Below, in pieces: positions 63,773 through 64,000 of a DNA stretch of 64,000 nucleotides; position 1 is the first letter of the stretch, and each line of letters begins with the position of its first letter. Made by a program: the position numbers and the translations under genes. The notes below the pieces were generated by a model. That model had not been told where the DNA came from. It did not search any database and saw nothing but the letters and a program-made list of their open reading frames with translations. The stretch is from NCBI GenBank assembly GCA_043228905.1, contig JBHGNT010000008.1, forward strand, positions 14,260,001 through 14,324,000. The letters run 5' to 3'. Source of the stretch: Azolla caroliniana (Eukaryota; Plantae; Polypodiophyta).

Positions 63773-64000
63773 TGTCATGATATGGCAAGACTCGAACCCA
63801 TGACCTTAGGTTATATGGGTCGAGCTCTTGACCATTAGATCATCTATTGTAATATGTAGGATATTATTTTCATTTACATTTTATTATAGGAAATTAGTGT
63901 ATATTCCAGATTTCTCTGGAACATTCTAGAAGCTTCAGGATTACTCCTGAAAACACTATAAAAGAGGGCACTAGGCATTATATTGAACCAAATTGGTTCA
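63773..64000 (+). mobile_element. Start of a gypsy-type LTR related to the 59777-60843 LTR, running off the window
   Basis: TGTCATGATA start is identical to the reverse complement of the 60843 end; antisense tRNA-like head; TATAAAAG at ~63957 followed by AAATTGGTT, as in the related LTR. Confidence 0.7.

Overview
Land-plant nuclear DNA; the gene and TE styles suggest a fern or other non-seed plant (inference). 1-20 kb is a gene island. It holds an intact 18-exon isoamylase (ISA1-type GH13 starch-debranching enzyme, ~800 aa, + strand) and a convergent intronless PLS-E class PPR gene (- strand). ISA1 introns and flank carry two hAT MITEs, tandem duplications and a 2.1-kb Mutator-like foldback element with ~610-bp TIRs. 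20.4-64 kb is a nested LTR-retrotransposon pile that I resolved by LTR ends, PBS/PPT and TSDs: seven Ty1/copia elements from three lineages, one of them young and intact except for a single nonsense codon; Ty3/gypsy remnants; several solo LTRs; one more MITE. Most interesting signals: (1) gypsy-type LTRs whose outer U3 end is an antisense tRNA-like sequence ending at about the LTR terminus (3 copies, 2 diverged variants); (2) sequence-unrelated inverted repeats that loop out the PPT/U3 junction in all three copia lineages; (3) a copia lineage with two PPTs and an in-frame ~160-aa Pol extension; (4) the long-TIR intronic MULE derivative with an atypical short TSD. All coordinates were read by eye; no alignments or database searches were run.
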